Source of the DNA: a virus
Strand: one strand, 5' to 3'
Length of the DNA: 64,000 bases
IMG/VR virus record: IMGVR_UViG_3300025919_000136
Location: 24,425 to 88,424 of that record
Below the pieces are notes generated by a model. It saw nothing but the letters and a program-made list of their open reading frames with translations. It had not been told where the DNA came from and searched no databases. Positions 19,014-28,385 of the stretch are shown in pieces. The first letter of the stretch is position 1; the number at the start of each line of letters is the position of its first letter. The position numbers and the translations under genes are program-made.

Positions 19014-19642
19014 TCCTCGCTTGCATTAGTAGGTGGTGTAGGCGGCGCGATCGCTTCTATATTGTCTATAGCTTGGTGGGCGATGCATTTCAGGTAGTTA
19101 GGGTCGTTGGAGTTATATACGGCCATGGCACCCTCTAGCTTTTGATCTGGGAGTAGCTTGCGAGATATAGCCGCGATAGGATCTATAATATCTTGTAGGG
19201 CTTGGGTGGCAAGCTGGAGTTGGTGCGATTGGGCGGCAAGGGTGGTTTGGAGGGCTTGGATGGTGTCGTTCTGTTGTTCGATGATGATTGGTAATGTGGT
19301 GCTGCGTGTCTTTACCTTCACTAACCGGTTGGGCGGTGGGCTGCGCTTGGGTAGCTTTGGACGGATAGTCAGGAGGTCGCGAACTTCGATGTACAGGTCT
19401 TCCAGTTTAGCTTCGTCTTGGCTGAAGTCCTCGACCTTCACCAGCAGCTTGAATAGGTCCAGGATGTAGGCTATGGCTGGGTATGGCAGGGCGGGGTCAC
19501 AGAGTTCAAGGAGAACGTTGCGGGCCTCTTCGAATTTGGCTTCCCACTTCGCTTTGCGCCGCTTCTGCAAGTGAGGCGTGTCGAAGGGAGCGGCTTGAGG
19601 AGTGGTGAACTTACTAAGGTCAATTGGGGTTGGTTGGGTCAT
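18998..19642 (-). CDS. hypothetical protein sharing a C-terminal domain with 17666-18088
   Basis: LATQALQDIIDPIAAI...NDPNYLK shared. Confidence 0.6.
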   Translation of the reverse strand: MTQPTPIDLSKFTTPQAAPFDTPHLQKRRKAKWEAKFEEARNVLLELCDPALPYPAIAYILDLFKLLVKVEDFSQDEAKLEDLYIEVRDLLTIRPKLPKRSPPPNRLVKVKTRSTTLPIIIEQQNDTIQALQTTLAAQSHQLQLATQALQDIIDPIAAISRKLLPDQKLEGAMAVYNSNDPNYLKCIAHQAIDNIEAIAPPTPPTNASEECQTK

Positions 19643-20000
19643 CTGGAGACCTCTTGGGTGGGTTTTCGTATGGGAAGGCGGCTTCTAACCGTTCGTTGTC
19701 TTCGATATATTTTGCTCGGCGAATTGCAGTTCGGTAGGCTTCGCAGTTCTTTCTAAGGTTGTATTCGACTATAGCAACCGCTTTCTTGTGACAGTTCTCA
19801 CAAACCATACGTTGCTTGGTCATGAAACGGTCATTCAGATGATTGTGGAAAGTGTTAATCCGTTGGACGTATTCGGTAATGTAGCAGAAGTTGTACGAGC
19901 CACAGTAGTGGCAGCACATTAGCCGGTTCAGTTGATTTCTTACTTCACCTTCGCCCTCGAGCGTGACATCGGCGACGGGCAAGTGGATATCGTCAGACAT
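19620..20000 (-). CDS. Zn-finger hypothetical protein
   Basis: CHYCG...CENC. Confidence 0.55.
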   Translation of the reverse strand: MSDDIHLPVADVTLEGEGEVRNQLNRLMCCHYCGSYNFCYITEYVQRINTFHNHLNDRFMTKQRMVCENCHKKAVAIVEYNLRKNCEAYRTAIRRAKYIEDNERLEAAFPYENPPKRSPDDPTNPN

Positions 20001-20034
20001 TGGATGATTGGCCGAATCTTAGATTCTGGAACGA

Positions 20035-20508
20035 TCATAAATTTGGCTTTGGTTTCGGCCGCTGCTTGTAACCTTCGATTAGCTCATGGCAAAGAGAGGC
20101 TAGAAACTCGCCGTGGAGTTCCTGGGGTATTTGGTTGAAGAAGAATTTGAGACGATCTATGGTCTCGGTGCAGTTGTCGGTTAGTTGGCTGGCGTCGCCG
20201 TTGAGCTCCTTATATAAGGCTAAGGGGCGGATTTGCGTGATGACCTTGGCCCAACCGGAACGTCGCCCCATACGAAGGGCTCGCTGGGTTGGCGGCTTGC
20301 CAAATACGATATCGCCCGGATCCGCATCGCAAAGCGGGAATTCAGTAGCCAGCGAATGGTCCTTGAGCAGTTCAGCGGCGTTGCGGGTTTCCGGTGCTTG
20401 GCCGCGTAGGAACGCACATTCACGCGCCACCTCCGTGTAAACGTGGCGCTTCGGCAAGTCCTCGACCAGCTGGTGGTAGCCCAGGTACACGTAGTTTTTG
20501 CTTTGCAT
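20035..20508 (-). CDS. hypothetical protein, first gene of the leftward operon
   Basis: GGAGG RBS; directly downstream of the promoter at 20525. Confidence 0.65.
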   Translation of the reverse strand: MQSKNYVYLGYHQLVEDLPKRHVYTEVARECAFLRGQAPETRNAAELLKDHSLATEFPLCDADPGDIVFGKPPTQRALRMGRRSGWAKVITQIRPLALYKELNGDASQLTDNCTETIDRLKFFFNQIPQELHGEFLASLCHELIEGYKQRPKPKPNL

Positions 20509-20524
20509 CGCGCCTCCACCAGAA

Positions 20525-20553
20525 ATTATGCCTCAATTTGAAGCGGCTGCGGG
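20525..20553 (-). promoter_or_regulatory. phage-type promoter CCCGCA-N17-CATAAT
   Basis: Family consensus. Confidence 0.7.
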
Positions 20554-20770
20554 GACTGGGAGAAAATAAATCGAAGGTTATTTTCATACCACCATGAGTA
20601 TAGATTTGATTTTGGCCGTTCTCTGGGAGCGATACTCCGCGTCGGGCGGGCCGTTTGGGGCCGGTAAGGCGGGTGGTCGTTCGCTACCCCACGATTCTTT
20701 TGATTGGTAAGGCGCAAAGCTGGGCTGGCCTAAACGCTTTTACGGAATTCGAGCAAATCGAGCAATAACT

Positions 20771-21287
20771 TTAAAACGGCGTTTCGACCCCACGTACAGC
20801 CTTCGTTTCTGGGCGAATTTCGTAGATTTCCATCGGTGGCTTCGTGGGTCTACAACGCCGTTTAAATGCTTATTACCCGATTTAGCCATAAATCGACTAA
20901 ATCGGTCAACCCGTCTAAAAACGGCTGGGGGCGCGAAGACGGATGGCGCTCATGAAAACGCGTTATTTGTCGTATTTTCCGGTTTTGGTCGTATTTTGTG
21001 TTTTCGTATTTTTAGGCTTTGAAAATCTTGTTTTTTCGTAATTATTTACTAAACTTGACCATATCTTCAGATATGATATTTATAAAATATAATATGACAA
21101 AAAGCAGACAGCGCATGACGAACGATACCACCAATTAAGGAGTCGACGCTGGACTCCCTGTTGCCGCTAACTTAAGACGGATCAAGCAGAAGCCGGGCTG
21201 GCTCTTTTGGCTCAAACGATTTTGTAGAAAACAGACGCGCCATCCGTCTTCACCCCCCCAGCCGTTTTTAAGCGGTTTTACCGATTT
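20771..21287. other. non-coding origin-like region with inverted repeats and an AT-rich core
   Basis: IR 20771-20801/20838-20866; ~50-bp IR 20899-20949/21237-21287 enclosing an AT-rich stretch at about 21000-21105. Confidence 0.6.
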
Positions 21288-21400
21288 GGCCCAAAACCGA
21301 TATTCCGTAAATCCGCCAAAACCGCCCACTTCGCGCCCCCGCCCAACCCACCATCATTCGCTAACTATCAACGCGGAGGATCTCTCCCAGAAGATGGGCC

Positions 21401-21437
21401 AAAAGAAAACCCCAGCAGCGCATAGCTGCTGGGGTTC
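21401..21437 (-). terminator. rho-independent terminator
   Basis: Minus strand GAACCCCAGCAGC-loop-GCTGCTGGGGTTTTCTTTT. Confidence 0.8.
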
Positions 21438-21454
21438 ACTCCGCCGACCACACC

Positions 21455-21832
21455 CTACATTCGATCCAACAACCCGCCCAACAGATGTACCATCATCGCG
21501 GCAGCCGCCGCCTCGCGGAAGTGGGAGACTTGCCAGCCGTCGCCGTTGTGGGAGACGGAGCCGGTGTGCAAGCCAAGCAACTTGTTCAAGGCGTAGTCGT
21601 AATCGCGCTGGACGGATTCCTTCAACTTGTCCTGCTCTGGGTACTGCAGCGCGATTTCGGTGGAGCGAATGTAGCTCAGCTTCGCCTTGGCGACGATCCA
21701 GGCTTCCACGTAGTTCTCGATCGATCCGGGATGGGCATAGCTGTCGGCAGCTTCGTTGACCGCCATATTCTTCGCGGCAACCTCTGCTTGGTGCAACGCC
21801 TCTACGACTTCGGCCACGTTCAATAGGTTCAT
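21455..21832 (-). CDS. hypothetical early protein
   Basis: AAGGAG RBS; followed by a terminator. Confidence 0.7.
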   Translation of the reverse strand: MNLLNVAEVVEALHQAEVAAKNMAVNEAADSYAHPGSIENYVEAWIVAKAKLSYIRSTEIALQYPEQDKLKESVQRDYDYALNKLLGLHTGSVSHNGDGWQVSHFREAAAAAMMVHLLGGLLDRM

Positions 21833-21935
21833 GATGTCTCCTTTGTTTTCGCTGTCGGTTTCAAGTCAGGATTCCGCCCCAAGGCCGGTCTGGGGCACTG
21901 GGGCGGAATGCGGTAAAAGTGGGGCTAGCTTGGTG

Positions 21936-22235
21936 CTAAGGCCGGTTACAGTCCGCTGGAACGCCGCCCCACACGCCCAAGCAAGCGTTGGCATAGTCGT
22001 ATGCTTTGATGCAACTATCGAAGCGGACGGTGGCGGTTATTGGGCTGCCCATCTCGATGTAGTACAACCCCTTCTTGTACAGGCGAGACGCGAACCGGGC
22101 GTATTCCGTGGCGTCCTTCAGCATGTTTGGGGTGCAGGTTGCGCGCAGTTCCTTGCGCTTGGCCTGGTAGAATTCCTTGGCCCGATCGGCATCGGTGCGA
22201 GCCTGGTTTAGCTTCGCTTCGGTAGTTGGGTGCAT
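21936..22235 (-). CDS. hypothetical early protein
   Basis: AAGGAGG RBS. Confidence 0.7.
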   Translation of the reverse strand: MHPTTEAKLNQARTDADRAKEFYQAKRKELRATCTPNMLKDATEYARFASRLYKKGLYYIEMGSPITATVRFDSCIKAYDYANACLGVWGGVPADCNRP

Positions 22236-22325
22236 CTTGTTTCCTCCTTGGATTCGGTTCCCCTTCGCGGGGACGGAGCGGCCCGGTCAAGTTGGGTCGC
22301 TCCCGCACGGATTGCACGCCACCGA

Positions 22326-22493
22326 TCACAGATTGTGCATGCGGCATTCCGCAGCGTAGGCGGCACGCTCTGCAGCTTCCTGGCCTTCGGCTTCCAGCCG
22401 CTTGGCTTCACGTTCGGAAATCTCGCGGGTGAACCAGACAACCTTGCCATTGGTCTCGGTACGGCAATCGTGAATGCGAACGGTCTTTTCCAT
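22326..22493 (-). CDS. 55-aa early protein
   Basis: Read by hand: MEKTVRIHDCRTETNGKVVWFTREISER...; AGGAG RBS; first gene after promoter 22527. Confidence 0.65.
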   Translation of the reverse strand: MEKTVRIHDCRTETNGKVVWFTREISEREAKRLEAEGQEAAERAAYAAECRMHNL

Positions 22494-22526
22494 TGAATTC
22501 TCCTGTAATTGGTTCCGTCATCATTA

Positions 22527-22555
22527 ATTATAACCGATCGGTACAGGTTTGGGGG
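22527..22555 (-). promoter_or_regulatory. phage-type promoter CCCCCA-N17-TATAAT
   Basis: Family consensus plus an AT-rich palindromic UP region. Confidence 0.8.
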
Positions 22556-22803
22556 CCTTTTCCGAAAGTATTTTCGAAAATACTTTCGGGCCGCTACCTG
22601 CCTGGGGCCTGTAGAAGGTGTCGCTGCTGAAAACGTTGCCTGTAGTGGGCCTAGAACGCGATAGATTCGTGCGACCGAAGGCTGTTACCGAAACGGGCCT
22701 AAGTCGCCGGGAAGCGGCCTCTAAACCAATTTATAGCCTCACCACGCTTGAGGCATGGTGGGGCTAGGCGCGACACGCGGAGCATTCTGCCCAGAGGATG
22801 GGC

Positions 22804-23316
22804 CTATTCGACGCGGACCCACCGCTCCACGGTGCCATCAGTGTTGTAGATCACGAAATCGTTGGTCTTGTCGTTGTAGGTGATCAGGTCGATGTGGTTG
22901 GTGAGGCCTCCGGTGGAGATCCACCATTCGTCTCCTACGGGCTGGTTAGCCTCGACCCATTGCTGGCAGCGACCACCGAAATCGGCGTAGCCGTTGACGT
23001 GATACAGGTGGTGGCCTGCCACCTTCATCGCGTAGACGGGGATGGGCTGTTGGCAATCGGTGACGATGGATTCGATGTCTTCAGGTAGCATCTCGTTGGC
23101 GAGCAATTCGCGGAGCAGCGGCCAATTGCTGGCTTCGATGGCTTGGTTCAGCGAGACCACGAGCTCGTTAGCGGAGCGGAAATGGGGTGCGGGATCTTCG
23201 TTGCGATGCTTGACGGCGCGTAGGTTGCCACGCAATTTGGTGCCGTCTTCCAATGTGTAGAGAGCGTTGTTCTTGCCGATAGAACATTCTACGGCGAAGC
23301 GTCGGGTGATCTTCAT
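22804..23316 (-). CDS. hypothetical early protein
   Basis: RBS; flanked by hairpins. Confidence 0.7.
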   Translation of the reverse strand: MKITRRFAVECSIGKNNALYTLEDGTKLRGNLRAVKHRNEDPAPHFRSANELVVSLNQAIEASNWPLLRELLANEMLPEDIESIVTDCQQPIPVYAMKVAGHHLYHVNGYADFGGRCQQWVEANQPVGDEWWISTGGLTNHIDLITYNDKTNDFVIYNTDGTVERWVRVE

Positions 23317-23370
23317 ATAGGTACCTTTCAGCCCAGCCCCAAACGGGGCTGGGCTTGGTCGTTGTGGCGG

Positions 23371-23766
23371 TTATAGATTCTCAGCGATTCGGGCTAGCTT
23401 CTCGAAGAAGCCCAGGTCATCCACACGGAGGCTGTCTTCCAGCAAGACGAATTCCTCCTTGGTGAGCACGGTGCGCAGCTTCTCCAGCAGCGCCTCCTGT
23501 TCGGGGCTGATAGAGCCGAACGGTTTGTGCATCCAGAAATGGGCCTTGGTTACCTGGTCGGGGGAGACCACGTAGCCCAATTCGGTTAGCTTCTTGCCGA
23601 CAACTTCGGGGTTGGGGTCCTTGGCAGCTTCTTCAAGCTGGTCGCGGACGAGCACCGCTTGGGTGTAGCTGGGGAAGGAATCCACCTTCACGCTGCGGAT
23701 CTCGTCCAGCTGCATGCAGACCATGGTGTGGCTGCCGGGCTCGGTTGGGGTGCTGGTGTAGAACAT
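23371..23766 (-). CDS. hypothetical early protein
   Basis: AAGGAG RBS, TAATG overlap. Confidence 0.7.
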   Translation of the reverse strand: MFYTSTPTEPGSHTMVCMQLDEIRSVKVDSFPSYTQAVLVRDQLEEAAKDPNPEVVGKKLTELGYVVSPDQVTKAHFWMHKPFGSISPEQEALLEKLRTVLTKEEFVLLEDSLRVDDLGFFEKLARIAENL

Positions 23767-24020
23767 TAATCGATCTCCTTTAGGCTGTCTGTAAATGGCT
23801 TGATGGATTTGGCTACGTCGGTACGACTGACCCTATGAGAGCCCCTGTGCCCAGGGTTTTCATGGTCTGGTCCGGTCGGTACGGCCCACACGCTGCACAG
23901 AGCGGTGGTATGGTCCCTGTAAATCCCCACAGCCTTCAGGTAGGCTTCGAGGATGGTGTCGTGGCGATTTGGGCTCAGGCTACCCGAATTGCAGACCGTT
24001 GTGTACTTCTCATTTTTCAT
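23766..24020 (-). CDS. hypothetical early protein
   Basis: AAGGAGG RBS after promoter 24044. Confidence 0.65.
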   Translation of the reverse strand: MKNEKYTTVCNSGSLSPNRHDTILEAYLKAVGIYRDHTTALCSVWAVPTGPDHENPGHRGSHRVSRTDVAKSIKPFTDSLKEID

Positions 24021-24043
24021 GTGGATTGGCCTCCTTACCTTAC

Positions 24044-24072
24044 ATTATGCCTGACGCGAACGGCTTTGGGTA
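24044..24072 (-). promoter_or_regulatory. phage-type promoter TACCCA-N17-CATAAT
   Basis: Family consensus. Confidence 0.75.
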
Positions 24073-24157
24073 GTAAATCTGAAAATATTTTCAGGAATAT
24101 TTTCTGGGGCTGTTCGCTGGGTATGGTTAGCGGAGGTATCTCTCCCAGAAGATGGGC

Positions 24158-24238
24158 CTAAAGCTGGATGCCTTCCCAGCCGCCATTGTAGCGGGTTGCG
24201 CCGATTTCCTTGGGGATGTTCACGAGAATTGGTTCCAT
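24158..24238 (-). CDS. 26-aa peptide
   Basis: MEPILVNIPKEIGATRYNGGWEGIQL*; AGGAG RBS; only ORF behind promoter 24280. Confidence 0.5.
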   Translation of the reverse strand: MEPILVNIPKEIGATRYNGGWEGIQL

Positions 24239-24279
24239 TTGCTGCACGCTCCTGTTGGTTTTAACGACTTACAAGAGAT

Positions 24280-24308
24280 ATTATAACTGATTCGTAGGCG
24301 TTTGGGTG
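24280..24308 (-). promoter_or_regulatory. phage-type promoter CACCCA-N17-TATAAT
   Basis: Family consensus. Confidence 0.8.
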
Positions 24309-24343
24309 GGTTTTGGAGAAGTATTTTCGAAAATATTTTTACG

Positions 24344-24377
24344 AAAATACCAGCCCACCTTGCGGTGGGCTGGTATC
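24344..24377 (-). terminator. rho-independent terminator
   Basis: ATACCAGCCCACC-loop-GGTGGGCTGGTATTTT. Confidence 0.75.
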
Positions 24378-24399
24378 GTGGCTTAGCAGTTTGGTTGGC

Positions 24400-25425
24400 T
24401 TATCCCTCGGCGGGTGCTTCCGTCGGCTCCGCATGGGCTTCGGTAGTCGCTTCCGCCGACTCTGTTGATTCAGGCGCGTTCTCCGGCGTGGCCTGCTTGC
24501 CCTTGGGCGCATTCACCTTCAGCGAGTAGTCGTACGGATGGCCACCGTTGGCTACGAACTCGTCGGCCTTCGCCTTGGCTTCCTCCGCCATCTGGACCCG
24601 TTCGCGAGCGGACTTGACCTTCTTCGCGGCGATAGGACTGAAGGGATGGATGCGCTGGTCCATCAGGGCCCAGTTCAACGAAGCGGTGGCGTTCTCCACG
24701 CGGGCCTGAGCCAGTTCGACCACGGTCGGCTTGGGGCCGATACCCTCGGCCTTGGGGCCGAACTTCGCGGCGAACTTCTCTTCGCGGAGGCGCAGCTTCT
24801 CTTCGCGGATGGCGGCGAGCTCTTCCGGCGACTTCGCAGGCTTGGGCGTGCGCGGCTGCTTCGGCTCACGTGGTTGGCGCACCTTGTTGTTCTGCACGTC
24901 GACGTAGATGGCATGCGCTTCGCGACCCTTGTCGGTGAGCGTGACCTCGTTGGTGGTCTGGTCCACTTCGATCAGCTTGCGGTTGCCCAACGAACCGATG
25001 ATGGCTACGGCCGTCAGCGCATCGCCGTACTCGCGGGTGACGTTCTGCAGCTGGATGGACGGATTGTCCTGCACGATCGTCAGCACCTTGAAGTCACGCG
25101 TGGTGATGGTGGGCTGCTTACGTTCCTGGCGAGTGGGGTCTCCATCGGCTCCGGGCTTCGGTGCGTTGTCGGTACCATCGCCAGCGGTGGACTGGGTGGG
25201 CGTGGCCGCTTCGGGGTTGGTTGCTTCCTGGGTATCCGTACCCAGATGGCCATTTAGTGCGGCTTCGGCTTCGGCACGCGACTTGAACTTATCGCCGATG
25301 ACATGATCGCCATGGGTTGCGGTCCAGGTCTTGCGGTCCTTGTTCACTGCGACGCGGACATCGGTGCCTTCGTGGGTGCCAGCATAGATATGCTTTCCCT
25401 CCGCCAACTTACTTAATTGTAACAC
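24400..25425 (-). CDS. putative DNA-binding protein with a winged-helix domain
   Basis: Likely GTG start after AAGGAG; KVLTIVQDNP...SLGNRKLIEV...TLTDKG wHTH pattern; Lys/Arg-rich segment; strong codon bias. Confidence 0.65.
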   Translation of the reverse strand: MLQLSKLAEGKHIYAGTHEGTDVRVAVNKDRKTWTATHGDHVIGDKFKSRAEAEAALNGHLGTDTQEATNPEAATPTQSTAGDGTDNAPKPGADGDPTRQERKQPTITTRDFKVLTIVQDNPSIQLQNVTREYGDALTAVAIIGSLGNRKLIEVDQTTNEVTLTDKGREAHAIYVDVQNNKVRQPREPKQPRTPKPAKSPEELAAIREEKLRLREEKFAAKFGPKAEGIGPKPTVVELAQARVENATASLNWALMDQRIHPFSPIAAKKVKSARERVQMAEEAKAKADEFVANGGHPYDYSLKVNAPKGKQATPENAPESTESAEATTEAHAEPTEAPAEG

Positions 25426-25504
25426 TTTCGGCTCCTTTTGGAGGGGTGGGATATAGTTGGTCCCTCCAGATCTACTAAACACATGCGAACGGCTTGTACA
25501 CTAT

Positions 25505-25533
25505 ATTATGCCTGATCCGCCAGCCTCTGAGTA
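25505..25533 (-). promoter_or_regulatory. phage-type promoter TACTCA-N17-CATAAT
   Basis: Family consensus. Confidence 0.7.
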
Positions 25534-25651
25534 GGTATTATCATGATATTCAAAATAATATTTGAGTATTTTTATTACCTTATGGTACACATACCGATGA
25601 TGATGATAGTGTCGGCACATGCTCTAGAAGTAGGAAAAGTAGCGCATCTTT

Positions 25652-25680
25652 TTGCCGGAGGATTCGTCGGGATTTATAGT
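25652..25680 (+). promoter_or_regulatory. canonical sigma70-like promoter TTGCCG-N17-TATAGT for the homing endonuclease
   Basis: Directly upstream of the GGAGG RBS and ATG 25700. Confidence 0.55.
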
Positions 25681-25699
25681 TCGCTCAAGTGGAGGTTGT

Positions 25700-26392
25700 A
25701 TGGAAGGACGAATTTCTATTGCTGGAGTATACAGCATATGCTGCACTTCTAACGGTGCGTTGTATGTAGGTAGTAGTATCAATTTATATGGTAGGTTGAA
25801 CAGGCACTTGCAGGCGTTGAGAAACGGGGATCACCAAAATAAACGTATGCAAGGATGCTGGAACAAATACGGGGAGGCTTCGTTTAAAATTGAGATACTG
25901 ACGGCTTGTCACGTAGACAAGCTGCTTGAAGAAGAGCAGAATTGGATAGACAAGTTGGAACCTTGTCTTAATGGCAAGAAGATAGTTGCGATCTCTCCAG
26001 AGGATTTAAGTAGGTTTACTCGAGGCACCAAAAGAGGCCCAATGTCGGACGAGGCTAGGCGAAACATGTCTCTCGCTAAATTAGGCAAACCAAGGAAAAC
26101 TCCGATCACTGAGGAAGCCAAGATGAGAATGTCGGAGGCTGCCAAGCGAAGAGGGATGAATATGTCTGCTGAGTCCCGGAGGAAGGCTGCTGAGAGTAGA
26201 CGGGGCAAGAAGCGTGGTCCAATGTCTGACGAGACTAGAGCTAAAATGTCCGAATCAGCAAAGAAGCGACCAATGCCATTCACAGCCGAATCTAGGCGAA
26301 AAGCAGCAGAAACAAAACGGAGCAAGACAGCGCTCAGGAGATTGGAAAAGGAGGCTCAGCTCATTACGCCTTTGGCTGAGCCTCAATCCTAA
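25700..26392 (+). CDS. GIY-YIG homing endonuclease with NUMOD3-like repeats
   Basis: GVYSI...YVGSS...R..H...E; repeated RGxKRGPMSDExRxxMS; lower GC; opposite strand to neighbours. Confidence 0.9.
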   Translation: MEGRISIAGVYSICCTSNGALYVGSSINLYGRLNRHLQALRNGDHQNKRMQGCWNKYGEASFKIEILTACHVDKLLEEEQNWIDKLEPCLNGKKIVAISPEDLSRFTRGTKRGPMSDEARRNMSLAKLGKPRKTPITEEAKMRMSEAAKRRGMNMSAESRRKAAESRRGKKRGPMSDETRAKMSESAKKRPMPFTAESRRKAAETKRSKTALRRLEKEAQLITPLAEPQS

Positions 26393-26408
26393 CTGTTTTG
26401 TCTTGGCT

Positions 26409-26783
26409 TTACCTATATGAGTCGGGGCCGAGATCGGTGTCGTCGGCCTGGAACTTCGCGGGTACGGAGCATATCTCGGTCACGGCGTCGCCCACCTGCA
26501 GCCGGAGCGCAAAGTAGAGCGTGGAGTCGTTGGGAATCAAGAAGCGGAGTTCGGGGCGGGCGTCCACTAGTTGCTTCCAGGTTTTGGTGGTGGATTCGAC
26601 GGTTGGGCTGGTTTCGCGGTATTGGCGGACGTCGAACTTTGCGGCTGCTTGGGCGCAAGCCGATTCGTAGTCGCGGCCTTGTGCAGCCAATTCGCGGGCT
26701 TCGGTCACCTGCGGTTTGGTCAGGCCATGCTTCCGCTCCACGGCGGCACGGAACACAGGTGGTTCGATCGTGATGGTGTTCAT
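26409..26783 (-). CDS. hypothetical early protein
   Basis: Operon context. Confidence 0.6.
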   Translation of the reverse strand: MNTITIEPPVFRAAVERKHGLTKPQVTEARELAAQGRDYESACAQAAAKFDVRQYRETSPTVESTTKTWKQLVDARPELRFLIPNDSTLYFALRLQVGDAVTEICSVPAKFQADDTDLGPDSYR

Positions 26784-26823
26784 GGTGTAGTGTGGATCCT
26801 CTCCAGAAGACGGGGCCTGAAAA

Positions 26824-27324
26824 TTACAGGTCGTCGGGTACTGTGTCGTAGGGGAAGCTGCGAACGTAGTTCCAGGTGCTATTGCCGGAGCGTTCGTACT
26901 GCAGGACTACTGTGCCAGCAAGCTGCAACCGGAAGAATCGGCCATCGGCCATGACCCGCTCCAGTTTGCCAGACACTGCCTTGTAGCCACGTTCGCGCAT
27001 TCGGTTTACGAAGTCGAAGCGTACAATGTGCATTGGATCTTCCGACGAAGGTGGATTGATAGCTGCGCTTTCCGCTAAGGCCAATTTCAGTAGATACTTC
27101 GCGGAGAGTACAATCGACCCTTCAGGGCATAGGAAGCGGAGCTCGATATCTCCGTCGTGGGTACCGCCAACGTATACGTGGTTCGGCATCCCGCCAAGGT
27201 TCCTTATGTGTTGGCGTAGACGTTGCTTGTCTTGTTCCATAGGATTTATAACTTCATTCCGACCAGCTGATCCTTTTCGTTCAGCGACAGTTGCGAGTAG
27301 TATCCGGAGGTGATACGGATCCAT
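26824..27324 (-). CDS. hypothetical early protein (start probably MEQDK at about 27240)
   Basis: Operon context. Confidence 0.55.
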   Translation of the reverse strand: MDPYHLRILLATVAERKGSAGRNEVINPMEQDKQRLRQHIRNLGGMPNHVYVGGTHDGDIELRFLCPEGSIVLSAKYLLKLALAESAAINPPSSEDPMHIVRFDFVNRMRERGYKAVSGKLERVMADGRFFRLQLAGTVVLQYERSGNSTWNYVRSFPYDTVPDDL

Positions 27325-27476
27325 CCGGTGCCGTGCTTCACTTCGTTGCGGGCCGCAACTTTGGACAGCTTCATCCGGCGGACGGAACCGCTACGGTCGA
27401 TTTTCTGGTAGTGGCCGAAGCGATCCTTCTTGTAGTCGTGGCGGATGCACCACGCTTCGAACTCTTGTTGTGTCAT
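27246..27476 (-). CDS. small early protein, paralog of 35418-35639
   Basis: AAGGAG RBS; MTQQEFEAW...RMKL...GW....Y..L.L...QLVG. Confidence 0.65.
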   Translation of the reverse strand: MTQQEFEAWCIRHDYKKDRFGHYQKIDRSGSVRRMKLSKVAARNEVKHGTGWIRITSGYYSQLSLNEKDQLVGMKL

Positions 27477-27564
27477 GTGAACTCCTTAGGTGGCTTGGGT
27501 ATGAGGGCCTGGGCTTGGAACCAGGGCTGCCGCATTACGGCCCGGATGGGGCCGTCCTCTGCGA

Positions 27565-27915
27565 TTAGAAGGAATCGTCCTCCACGTCGTCGGCAAACTC
27601 CGCGAAGGCCAGTTCCTGCGCTTCGATGTAGGCATCGAAGGCGGCTTCGTTGGCGTCCGTTTCGGTCGGACTAGGAACGAATACGGAATCGTTCGCCATA
27701 TCGAACACGCGGATGCCGTTGGAGCGGCAATACGGTGCGTTCACGTTGCAAGGGCCATACACACCCAACATGGCATCTGGGTGGAAGATGCACATTTCGC
27801 GCATAGCGGCGTCGGCATAGGCTTTGTCGCCCACTACGACGGCAATGGCGGCTCCAGCCACCAAACGCCCGTTCCCTGCATCTTCGCATAGCACGATCGA
27901 ATAACCCTGTTGCAT
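27565..27915 (-). CDS. early protein with acidic C-terminus
   Basis: AGGAG RBS after promoter 27956. Confidence 0.65.
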   Translation of the reverse strand: MQQGYSIVLCEDAGNGRLVAGAAIAVVVGDKAYADAAMREMCIFHPDAMLGVYGPCNVNAPYCRSNGIRVFDMANDSVFVPSPTETDANEAAFDAYIEAQELAFAEFADDVEDDSF

Positions 27916-27955
27916 TGTTCGCTCCTGAAAACGTTGGAATTGCCTTACAAGAGAT

Positions 27956-27984
27956 ATTATGACTGATCGGTATGAGTTTGAGGG
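27956..27984 (-). promoter_or_regulatory. phage-type promoter CCCTCA-N17-CATAAT
   Basis: Family consensus. Confidence 0.8.
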
Positions 27985-28150
27985 GATTTTTCAGGAAAAT
28001 TATTAATTATTTTCCGGATTTCTTTCGCCCGCCTACGAAGCAGGTACTCATCGATGTTCGGTAGGAGGTCCGCGCCAAGCAGCCCGACCAAGTCTAGGCG
28101 CAATCTGCCGTCGGCGGATAGCGGAGGTATCTCCTCCAGAGAATGGGAGT

Positions 28151-28384
28151 TCACAGTTCACCAAGATCCTTCATGATGCGGTCCAGGTCCAGCTTGCTCA
28201 GGTCTTCGGGGCCGAGCAGATGGCGGACGGCGGCTAGATCGCCAGCCTCGACGAAGTCGTTCAATACTTCACCGAACATGTCGATTCGGAATAGCTTGTC
28301 GTCTGAGACGATGCGAATCTTGTCTTTCGCAACGGTGACGTAGTCCAAGGCGAAGCCTTGGGTAATGGTGGAAACTTCGAACAT
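28151..28384 (-). CDS. hypothetical protein
   Basis: Operon context. Confidence 0.55.
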   Translation of the reverse strand: MFEVSTITQGFALDYVTVAKDKIRIVSDDKLFRIDMFGEVLNDFVEAGDLAAVRHLLGPEDLSKLDLDRIMKDLGEL

Positions 28385-28385
28385 A

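Noticed and set aside
17178-19230. Duplicated segments as a diversity-generating retroelement TR/VR pair
   Set aside because: Differences are not adenine-specific and no reverse transcriptase is present
22600-22735. Loose GCCT-TAG-like recurrences here and at about 34290-34380 as iterons
   Set aside because: Too short and irregular to support by eye
25700-26392. GIY-YIG gene as part of a group I intron
   Set aside because: It lies between genes on the opposite strand with its own promoter and RBS; no interrupted host gene is evident
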